From Balanoglossus misakiensis (lineage: Eukaryota; Animalia; Hemichordata), in contig CM082577.2 of the NCBI GenBank assembly GCA_040954595.2, positions 9,077,846-9,141,845 of the forward strand: a stretch of 64,000 nt of DNA, in the 5' to 3' direction. The position numbers and the translations under genes were made by a program. Shown one piece after another: positions 11,800-33,204 of the stretch (positions within the stretch are counted from its first letter, which is position 1; each line of letters starts with the position of its first letter). The notes under the pieces were generated by a model. It worked only from the letters and a program-made list of their open reading frames with translations. It was not told the DNA's origin and ran no database searches.

Positions 11800-14700
11800 C
11801 TGAGAAAGGAATAAAACATTGTGGATTTGTCGGTATTGTTATGCTATGATATTAACGAAAGAAATACATTATTATTTACATACCAATCAAAGTTTTTCGA
11901 ATAAAATATGAATAATGTGATCTGTTTCTGATGTGTGGTAAGATACGATAACAACACAATACAATGCAATAAATACCTAACAAGGACAGTAATGTTGACC
12001 TCAGTGCACCAGCAGCTTCTGCGTCTATAATTCTCAAAATATAGCTTATCGTACAATGGAACAGCGTCTCTAGAGTTTCTGGGATGGCATGTCTGAAAAC
12101 TGAAACTGGTAAAAATAAACCGAATTGTTAACATCTGAGGCATTCCAACACCACCTTTGAAAGTCAACTCGCCCTGGAAACGTGTCTTGGAACACCATTT
12201 TTATGAACCAAGCTTTCGCTTTCTCAACATGTAGTAAAAATGCAGAAGTGTCGATGTATCAGCAAGTACGTACTGAAATATTCGCATGTTGCATGGCAAC
12301 CGATTTGGGAAAAATATTAATTATGGATGTTTTGCGTAAATATGCAACGCAATAGGTTCAATGGAAGAGTCGCACCCTTCTAAGGTTTTAATAAATACAA
12401 ATTCCACCTGAAATGCCAGTACCTGTTTTTACAGATAGTTCGATATGCGCCATTGCCGCATCAAAAGCAGATATGGCATCTCTGTTTGGGATTCCCAAAG
12501 TTTGACCCAGGCTTCTTATATCTGCAACCAAGGAGAGAGAAAAACAATAACATGATCGTGTAGATCTATATTTGACAGGATTTCTCTGCCCATTCAAGAA
12601 TTTCACATGCATAAACTATGACAAAAGTTGCACATTTTGTAAATTATGCTAAACGCGTACTCATGTGGTTGATTTCTGAGAATGAAGTCAGGCGCGTGTG
12701 CTGTGCAATTAACCAAATAAAAAAATGGAGCTATCTTAAATATCTAATCAGATTTAGCCCTGAAGATAGGAAGATAGCAAAATATTGCTGTAGTATGGTT
12801 TCGGGGAAAATGCACACATCGGAGAAACGAAATTGTTTTTCCCCCGGTGCCCTTGGCCAATCGTGGCAACCGTCGTCGGTAAATACCTTCAGAATCAATA
12901 TCACCAAAACAACTGCCAAGCAGATCTTCAATGGTCGGGCATTTCGAAGACAGAAATTCTGACGTATCGCCATCTTGGAAATCTGGGAAAACGAAAAAAC
13001 GCTACTTTAATTTCTAGAAGTTATCGCCATTGAATTACATTTTGTACCTTGATACAGCACAGTGGGCGTTTTACCTTTAGCCTGCGTGTACACCGTGACT
13101 GTATCACACACAGCAAGCGCGGAAGCTGACACAAGGCACACGACATACCCCCACACACAAATAAAATTCTCAAGTTTTACCTTTATACACTTTTTGTCTT
13201 ATTTCTCTCATTTCCGTGGTGTTGCTCTTTATATACTCATTCAGACCGCTGGTGGCAGACTTCATTACGTCACATGATAGATATCTGTCGAATTCGATCT
13301 TAGAGGATGATTCTGTGAGAGAAAGGGAAAACCACCGCATTATGCTGAGGTCACAGGAAGAACACTGGCATAGGACGAACTGTAGAATTGCTCTTTTCGA
13401 ATTGCGCGCCTAATAATTAGGCACAATGCAAATGTGTTTTTTTGACCAAACAGAACATAATTCTCACCTTGTATGCTAGAACTCATCTGGATAACAAACT
13501 GAGCATGGACTGACACCAATCGGAAACCATCACAGAATGCAACCAGTGTGTTGGCGATACGGTATTTTAGCCTTTCTGTTGAGCGAGGACGAAAAAAACA
13601 TCAGTTTTTTATGTGAATGCAGCTTGTATAGACGCATCTGTTGTCACGGAGAATTCTGAAGGTTCTGTAAATTGGTGCATAAATGAATGTACAGCGCTAC
13701 TTGAAATTGGTGGGTAAATTCTTAAAACACGCAGACTGTGAAGTTAAATGTTAATTGACCGGAAATTTAGGCCAGTGGCGAATACTTTGACAGTGTATGT
13801 AACCAGCTGTCTGTCTGCTTGTCTGTCCGTATTTCTTCAAATTACACACAACAAACACAACACAAACTTACCTCTTGCTAATTTTATGGGTGATTGCAGA
13901 CGAGCCGACGACCCATCCCTTAAGTCAGCCAACTTCAACGCTAGTATGAAAATTAATAGATGACAATAATAGATTACCATGGCTCTATATGAATACAAAA
14001 ATGCTATGGTACGTATATTCACATCTAGAGTTTATGGCTAGCCACAATTCTCCGTCTTATGTTGATCAATCGATACTTACCGGCAACTTTCTTGAGAAGC
14101 GAATCGAAGACCGTGGCAGGAAACTCAGATCTCAACGCGACTGAGGCCGTCAGACACAGTGCCTGCAGTCCTAATATACACTTGTTGAAATGGTAAAATA
14201 TGTCTTCTCTTCCTTCAAACGAGCGACAAAAAAAAAAAGAAAAAAACTGTCAGTAATTCATGATGGCTTGTAATCGGACTAAATCGTTTAGATGTAAAAG
14301 CATGAAAATTGTGCATTAAAGGGCCGGTTATATAATGAAACTTACTTATCGCATCAAACCAGAGTGTGTCGCTTCCTTGACAGGACACAACGATCTCCTT
14401 GAGATCTTCCAGGGGTGCGATGGCGCCCTTCAGATGATGTACAATCTCCTTGGCAACTTCTAACCATAAAACAAAAACACAATCGGGACTTTTGGCTTGT
14501 TGATAAAATCAATGTGGTTAAAGAATAAATATTCCCACCAGCACTGGTAACGGTACAGCCACACTGAGGTACCAGCTACACAGGGGATGTGGTGAGGGGA
14601 AATGAAGGCCAACGTAATTCGTCAACGATCATATGTAATCTATAGGAAGTGTTACGGTAATCTGCAGGAAACAAATGAACAGGACAAGCAAGGGTGTCTT

Positions 14701-15100
14701 TGGTCAACGAAACTTTGTAAGAGTTCATTGAAAGTTACAAAAAAAACACACACCCAAAGTCTTCATTAGAACATAAATAATAGTATACCACTGACAATTT
14801 TACGTGGATTCCATTCCTCATTAAAATTTTGTCCGATTGTAAGTAAGATTAAATTGTCTGGATAAAGTATTCTCAAGTTGTTAGGCCTATCGAGTTTGTT
14901 TAACGAAGTTTACAACAGCTTCACCAATAAATCCAATGCAAAGACGTGATCATACTACTTTATCTCTCATTCAGCTAAAGACAACGTCGCACAAACTTCA
15001 GTTTTCAGACGCTGTGGTCCAGTGACCAGACTTCAATCACGCCGATCTGACGACAAATCCTGGTTTTTAACATGCAAACATGCGGCGACTTACCTGACAT
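9551..15100 (-). CDS. Uncharacterised ~968-aa protein: ~250-aa predicted helical N-terminal region plus a long Pro/Ser/Asp-rich disordered tail
   Basis: Exons with canonical splice sites, all introns phase 1: 15094-15100 (ATG TCA G), 14346-14459, 14081-14212, 13872-13940, 13468-13575, 12423-12521, 11977-12105 and 9551-11799. They sum to 2907 nt = 969 codons with no internal stop. AATAAA (plus-strand TTTATT, 9509-9518) lies just after the stop. No family recognised. Confidence 0.72.
14539..14661 (-). other. Candidate 123-nt phase 1-1 exon of the uncharacterised gene with an in-frame TAG (poison exon or nonsense allele)
   Basis: Acceptor TTTGTTTCCTGCAG and donor G|GTGGGA. Reads DYRNTSYRLHMIVDELRWPSFPLTTSPV*LVPQCGCTVTSA, with TAG at 14576-14578. 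Confidence 0.45.
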
Positions 15101-15771
15101 TATGAGTGTGATGATAGCGCCGTCAGTTTCGAAAGGCTAGTTATCTAGCCACACGGCACACTATTCATTTCCTTTCCATTTTTGAAGGTTTTCACACCCA
15201 TCACGCTCATTGTCCTCGTTCGGCCCTCAGGAGTTCCAAATGGAACACGAGAAGCATTTTTACTATATCCTCGTTCCAGAGTTTATTCGTCGAAGTCCTG
15301 TGTTCCACCTGGTCTTTCTACGCGCCCGCCCCTTCGCAAGGAACTGATGCACGCGCATGGCCGCGGACGAGGCAACGCATCGTCGTGTGCGCCTGCGCTC
15401 TGTATGGGTTAAACCCCTTTGCAGACAAGACCAAGTGAAAATCACATTTAATTATCTTTTTTCTTTAAAATTACTTTTATTTTAAAACCCCATAAACTAA
15501 TCTGATGCGAAGCTTGTGGTTACCCGTATATTTACCGTTGTAGACTCGTCAAGATTCTTCTATAGTCACTGTTGTAACAATATCTAGCAATATTGTAAAT
15601 GTACACGTAATGTAAACCCCAGTTATGAGAGATAATCAATACGATTCTGTAATTCGTGATACACCAACAAAGACATTTCACGACATTGTCAAGGTAAATG
15701 TTTCGATTGTAAGAATAAGAGCCGATATGGTGAGCATTGTATAAACTTGTCCGGCGATTTCCCGAATTCGA

Positions 15772-25618
<9,847 letters not shown>

Positions 25619-26963
25619 GGTTTGGGTATCTCTGTTATATCGCGCATGTGATCGACACCGTCTGTGAACGGCAAGTAAACTCCAGCACGGTCAAAAAGGG
25701 AACGGCCCATCCGAAGCCGACAGTCAACACGTACCAGTATTTCGAATTGTTGAAGTCCAGTCGCGGGAAATGCAAGAGCTCGGACGAAAATTTAAAATCA
25801 GCGGCTCAACAAGAAACACAATTTGCACAGATCTTTTTCACAGCCGGTAATCTTTTCTTCACGTCCTGGATAGGCCGAGTTGTTGTAATTCCGTTGCTAT
25901 TTTTCCAGAGGTATGTCTTAGACAGAATACAAACTAGCACTGACCAAACAACCGTATAGTATTTGACCCCCAAGACACCAATTGGCATGTTAATAATATC
26001 ACAATACGTAAAGTCACTCGCACTGGGAGTGTCTAAACAAAGGAAACAATGCAAGTGTCTCTGGCAAAATCATGCTCGCAAATATTTGATGTCAGTGTAG
26101 CAGTAGACCTGTTGGACTTTTTAAAGGTTTTGCAGACTGTAGTTTGTTTTGTCCGATGTAGAAACAGTGAGTTGTTAGAATTATTGTTTTCCAACTGTAC
26201 GTGGCGTAAACCAAAATTGGCGAACGTGGAGTTAGCGATGCTACAGTACTGATGTGTGGAGGTTTGGAGGTGCTTCGTTGTTATAATTATAAACAGTTAA
26301 GCCGCCCCAAGGTTTTTTTTATTCTGCCTGTCCACACGGCGCTCTACACCCATAGCTACCAGTGTATTCGAGTTATTGTACGCATCACCAGGAAGTAAAA
26401 AAAAACACGTTTACACTAGCAAGAAGGGGACATTTTATGCATTCTAGTTAGTAGTGAAAAGAGAAGGCACAAGCATTATCCTTGTGAGATTAAAATACTT
26501 GGATTTCTGTAACAGTTAACGGATAGTCAAATATTTAGATAAATTGATGGTCAATGTAATTAAGGATAGATAAGTTCTCAAGAAACGCTGTTTGTAGGGT
26601 ACCTCATGTATTCAATACAATAAACCTCTGATATATTTATATATATTTTATTCGTTAAAAAGCGTTAAATTACATTAAAAGGTATAATCATATATGGAAT
26701 GAATTATTACCACCACAAAATGTAAATGTTTCTCCTTAAATTAATTCCCAATCATTAGGTTCTCGATCCCTGTAGTGTGGTGCATGTTTCTGTGTCTGAT
26801 CGTCAAAGTTCAACTCGAAGAGAGTTCCGTCATTTTGTGAGCCTAATGTTGCCAATAGATTCGAAAGTGAACTCGTTATTTGACGTATTACCAGAACTAG
26901 TACTCGTCGCGTCTGATTTTTTTATTGGCGCACCGCGTCATTGGCTATATACCTCCCGGCCCT

Positions 26964-29900
26964 TCAAGAGACTGGCCTTTCTCTGAACATGAAATCGGTT
27001 TCATCGTACGGGACCTCCATCTTCTCGGCCATCTTCTTAACAAGGTCCATTTGGCGCTCCATCATTGTCGTCAGCAGCTTGTGCGATGACGTCATCCTGT
27101 TGGCAAAACGAAGCACAAATTTAGACGTTTGAGGCACGATTTTGTCAGACTGACGGCACAATAATCGCCGTGGTGTGCATTGTCGTTGATTGGGTTTCGA
27201 TGACTTACGATGAGACCTCGGTCATTCCACACTTCAATCTGCTGTTCACTACCCCAACAACACAAGAATGGCGCCTATAAATCGCGCGCGTGCGGGCGCA
27301 TTCATCCCGCGGTGTAGTAATACCTGGTTTCAAGTACATTTTATATAAAATTAAATTAAACTTAAGTTACTCCTGTTCTATTAAAAAATATTAAGTAACG
27401 TTTAAATTTTGTCTAATTTGGTATCACGATTAAAAAATCCGTATTCATCAATTAAATTAAGCACCCAAGCTAGTTTTTTTTTCTTTTAATACTGATATAG
27501 ACTTGCATATCACCTGCTAACTGAGAACAAAAAATGTTTTTATTGATGAGGATACTGTTGAAGTGCGATACTAGTTAGTTTATTATGTCAATAGTAATAC
27601 ATGGTGGAGAAAGTATACGTATTGTATGCAGTTGAAATTCGCAAACTTTTTTTGTTGTTTTTTTCAAGAAAAAATACTCGGTCAGATGACCAGGTTGATC
27701 AGCTAAATGACAAGAATAATATATGCATGCTGTTGCCAGAATAACCACCAAATATTTATGCATAATATCGAATAAAGATTGAATTGTCGATCGGCTACTG
27801 AGGCGGCTGCACATGCGCAGCCACTGTTTACGCGCAGCTAGTTGCCAGTCGAGTCACCCCGTGTAACTGTTCGATGTAGCGACGCGACTAGCGTTGCGCG
27901 TCGAGTTGCCTACCGAGTTGCCTGCCGAGTTGCCTCGTGTAACTCGGCCTTAACCGCGAAAGAACGCTTACTTACGCCAACAAGGCCCAGTCACATGTTT
28001 TTACCACACGAATAAAAGAGCCACTCATAGTATCAAAATTGGACACCTCGTGTTGAAGTCATCCACTTCTCTCCGAAGTTGGTCCAAATCATTTTCTTCG
28101 TGTCTCATCTTGGCTTCCTCCTTGGCTGCAGCCTTAGCGATCTTCTTTTCGGTGGCCGAGTGACAAACCCGTCTTAGCACCTGCAGTCAAACGAAGAATA
28201 AAGTTACCATCAGCACGCCTTTTAGCAATTGGACTCTATCATTACGTACAGACAATACATTATTTTCCCCCACATTGCGAGATCTCGCGAGATTTGGTTC
28301 ATTACCGTAGCAACGGGTTGCGAAAGTCAAGACATACAAGTTAAGCTCCGTCCAAAACTAAAATAAGAGCAGAGTTTTAATTAAAATAAACTGTTGTGCC
28401 GTTTAATACGATGGGCCATGTCTTGTTTGTCCTGTGTCACATAATATCCTCCCGTATAAATTGTCTAGCCACGCGAGATCTCACAGGATCTCGTGGGGTT
28501 CGGAAAATGGTATACTTGTATTGTAACTCATTATTTAGCAACGTGGGCATCTCGATACATGTAAGTTTCCATTTGAAGACTTTAAGCCAAATAAATCGTA
28601 TCTAGACACCAAACTGGCGCAAAATAGAAATTTCAAACTAGTGCTTTCACACACATACGAAGCTCAGTAGTTTTCTTGTTTTAGGGATTTTGTCGGTTAT
28701 ATAAGGTTTTGACACACTGTGATAGTTTGTAATAATTAGTAATACGGACACCATCGCACGAGACCTACCCCGAAGCGGTCATTTGTTTTATACGGTTCCA
28801 CCACGATCTTCTTCAGGTGAAATTTTCTCTGAAGTGCCGTCGGTAAACTTCGTTCGATACTCTTGATCAAACCGATCTGTTGGAAATGACATATCTTTAA
28901 ATGACCTTGAGAAATTAATCTTCCCTTCCATTCCATTTCCTTCCCATCTCTCCCTCCCTCTCTTCCACTCTCTCTATCCCCCTATCCCACTCTCTATCCC
29001 CCCTCTCCCCCCTCTCTCACATACACGCAATTACTCTCCTTCACTCGGTGCAAGTTCTCAAACAAGCTAGAAATGCTCTGAGGCGACAGTACATACCTGC
29101 ATTTCTATTTTCTGAACATTTGCATTTTGTTGGATGAACTCGATGTCCCCGACTGCAATACCGACCTAGAAATTATCAAGGTATAAGAGTTATCGGAATA
29201 AACAGAAAGTGTAGCGTCTTATCTCATACTGAACCGTCATTTAAACGAATGCCATGAGCAAAACTTTGTCTCATTACAGCCACTCACCATGAGATTCATC
29301 AGCACTATTGGCATAAGGCAGAGGAAGATTAGGAATACCGCCCTGGCTAGGGGGTCGAAGGGGGTTACGTCACCGTAGAAGATATCAGAGTAGTCCATTT
29401 CACCAACTGTCATGACGCACACTTTGATGAATGACTCAAGTGGGCTCTCAAACTGTTGCTGTTGAAGCGATCACAAAAGACAAACCATCAATATCGACGA
29501 TGCGAAAATCGGTTTTGGTCTCGGGAGAAAAGTAAAATTGCCAGCGGACAATCATCAACTGCTTCCGATGCTATTCTGAGTTGCCGGCTGCCGAACAGTC
29601 TCGGTTTCTTGCAGTGCAACACAAAATTACCTTTATAAAAAATGAAACGGCGGAACTACTTACAATGTTTCCAAGTAATATATTAAATGACGTAGAGAAT
29701 GCCAGTACAAACAGCACTACCACCATCACGGCCTGAAAGGAACAATGCACGAGAAAGCGCCTGGTGGCGTGAAATGTTAGGACTATACGCACGCGCGTGC
29801 GTGCGTGCGAGGGTGAAATGTGGATGGTTTTGGGAACACGGTTTGACCATTTGAATAAGTTCATCAAAATTCTGCGTACGGGCTTACTCGTTGAGTGTAT

Positions 29901-30801
29901 GATCGATGTGAATGTGACGCACCCCATAGCTGACGAGAATGATTCGACAAATCGGAGCGCAGATAACGGACGAGATTTGTTATAAAAATTACTTGTCGTA
30001 CCTTCAGAAATGATCGGACGATTTGGAAGAACATGACGATGTAAATTCCGAACAGTTCAAATCTGGAAGATACAGATGAGACAGGCGGTGGTTATATTTC
30101 TACGACGAACAGCAATTTCCCCCGCCCCCCAACTTGTAGTGAAGCTGACAAAATCGAGGCAAGACATCAAAGGGGGAAACAACCTTCCTTTGTTAACGTT
30201 GAACAGGAGAGCGCAATCAAGTTTAGGTTATTCAAGGTAGCCATAGCGAACAACGATCTTGATTACTTGATCTTTCTGTGACATTATTTTAGAAAATGAT
30301 ATATTTGTAGTCAGGCCCAGGAAGTGTTAACCCTTACCTTTGTGTTACAACGCCTCCAAAGCAGAAATTGTAATAAGGAAAGCCCAAAACTAGATTCTCA
30401 CGAATCTATACCTACCGTCTGAAGTACATTATGAGATTCATCCATCCGCAGAACGAAGCCAGCGCGCCGAACTGCCACTGAGTTGCGCAAGGCGGGTGCG
30501 TAGGCGGCGCGACGAAGGCTATCGATGTGATGTAGAGACCCCAATCGAAGAGGTTGGACACTTCTAAAAAATACTCCAGCCTCTGTGGCGGAAAGCAAAC
30601 ACCCAAGGGTGAAAGATATACTAGTATACATGTACTGTATTGGTAAAAATGAGTAAATCGCGTTATAGGGTATAGACGTTAAAAGCCTTAAAGTTCTTTT
30701 CTAAGACGGAAGGATTTGCTTGAGTTGCTAGGTATGTTGAAAATTTTACTTCATCGAATGTGTCGATTGTCCATTGTATAAGATCATCATCATCATCATC
30801 G

Positions 30802-30844
<43 letters not shown>

Positions 30845-33144
30845 AGGACGTACATGGAACCACACCGGTAAAGATTTCGTCGACATACACTTACATATTT
30901 AACGATTTCGAAGATTTCTCTGAATACATTTCCAGCACAGTAGAGTAGGATGAACATTTCGGCGGCCACCAAGTATTTGTTTTCACGTGAACCGATGTAG
31001 TGACCGTCCTGCAATGTTGGATATTAAAAAGTTCAAAGTTTAACTTGCCTACTCTATTTCCAGGATTGGATCAATTTGAATAATATCTTGCACACACCTG
31101 ACGATTTCATTCGCAAAGCATTGTATTTTTACTCTGGGATCCGTTGTAGACGGCGGTGATAGTTTCAAAATAATACTGCGTTATGCGTGGAAGAGTTAAT
31201 TACGTGCATTAATTTAGGTGGTGTTAGAGTTAAAGGGACTTAGAAGTTAAAGAGACATTGTGGCCTAATGCTGAATTGTGTGTGCATCTCTTCCAAGAAG
31301 AGGGACTGTGATTGGCTGTACCCCCCAAACATCAAACGCCACCCGAAAAGACCGCGCGAATAAGAGTAGGCCTACTCACCACATCGAAGAACACGCTGCT
31401 GTTAGCGCCGGGCGCCAGCGGACAACCGTATTGGTCCAATCCCTGACGGTTTGGGGATGGGCTGTAGCCCACGTACAGCATCAACGCCATCAGAAATAGC
31501 AGGTACAAGGAAAAGTCTGCGGCGAAAAAGATTCGGGCAAACTTGTTCCTGTAATGAATGGTGGAATTGTCAGAATCAAGGGGACATGCGCAGACACCAA
31601 CACCGCTGCCAGCTGGGGCGGAAGAGTAAAACCCTAGACTCTCTCACAGCCCACGGTTCGCTACAACAAGGCTCTTCACTGACGCGCCCTCAACCGTTTG
31701 GCAAGGGACAAGCACCATTTGGTGTTGTGAAGCCAACCTTAGTGCACTGTAGTCCACAGCACTTGCACGAAACTTCATGTTTGCAAACATTGAATGTGAC
31801 CACAGACTTTTACGATTACGCTTCCCAGCAGTGATATAAAAACAAGAGCCAGACGTGATCACGGCGCCTGTTGGTTCTCTGATGACTTGCTCTAGATCTT
31901 TCGGATACCAATGAGAGTCCGAGATAGAGTACAAATATACAAAGTATATATAGAAACACCTCCAGACATTTTGTTCTAACGCATGCGCGATGAATGAGTG
32001 ACTGTTAAACGCTTCCATTTTCACTGGCGACACCTGAGAACGAGGCTACAGGAAATAATAGTGCAAAAGGCAAATAGAAGATGGACCACGACTTCTCGAT
32101 TTTTTACGGATGTACAAAGCAGCTCTAAAAATATCGTTAACCTACCACTTGTATGTCAGTAATGTTTGGCAAACTTCATGCATCAGCAAATTGCCCCTTC
32201 CGTAATGTACCATCGTCTTGGAACAAAACAAGAAGTTAACAGTAAACAAAAATGGCCGCGAGCGAGAGCAGTATATACATACATAATATTAATCAATTAT
32301 TTGCTTCTGCAGCGTTAATTCAGCTGTAACTTATCTGATGACTCTAGATATTTGAATACAGTCTCAACTGGAATCATCATCCGTACCCTACCGTCACTTG
32401 CAAACACACATATAACGGGTTATCACTTACCGACAGAGCCGACCACCGCTTTTGAACGAGGCGCGTGATGTCATCGTCTGGTCCAGGATCGATGTGGTAG
32501 TAGTCATATGTGATCTGCGTCAGCAATATATATTCAAGTAACGGGGAGTGTAAAACCACAACGAAAGTACGTACAGGTAGATCGCACCATGTTAACGACA
32601 TCACAAACAATACCGAAGGAGAAACATCGCTCGTTACCACGGCAAAGATTGAATTACAGAATCTGATATGTAAGCAGGGCTATCATGTGACTGATTATCC
32701 ACAAAACGCCGATATGCTGCTGGTTTACGTTCAAGGGTTTCAGGATACCCCCAAAAATAAAACAAACAAACAAATTCCAGTGTCATCGCTGGAAGAAGTC
32801 TCACCTTGAGGTTAGGATTTGTCTTGTCCTGATGTGAGAACTGTACGCACTGATCCAGTACAAGAGCGGCGACGTTTGGAAGTCTTTCAACTAGCCGTTT
32901 CAGTGGAGGATAGCCATCCAACGAAGGTTGACTGACAACCTGCTTCCAACTGAGTGTGTAATATGAAAACGGACGTGTTAAAATAATAAATAAAATAAAT
33001 AAATAAATAAATAAATATACAGTAAAGATAAATAAAAACAGATTTACAAATAAATAAATACTAAGTAAATGAATGAATAAACGTAAGTAAAAAATTAATT
33101 AATTAATTAATTAATTAATTAATTAATTAATTAATTAATTAAGA

Positions 33145-33204
<60 letters not shown>

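Noticed and set aside
27790-27955. GC-rich repeats (CGAGTTGCC x3) ending in CGTGTAACTCGGCCTTAA, resembling one end of a Harbinger-like element
   Set aside because: I could not find the matching inverted terminus or TSD, so it is at most a fragment.
31640-32040. Possible second linker exon in copy B (and similarly 60170-60720 in copy D) like the duplicated exon of copy C
   Set aside because: No 71-nt AG/GT-bounded open frame with the MV-R-LL-H-KW pattern other than the single canonical exon.
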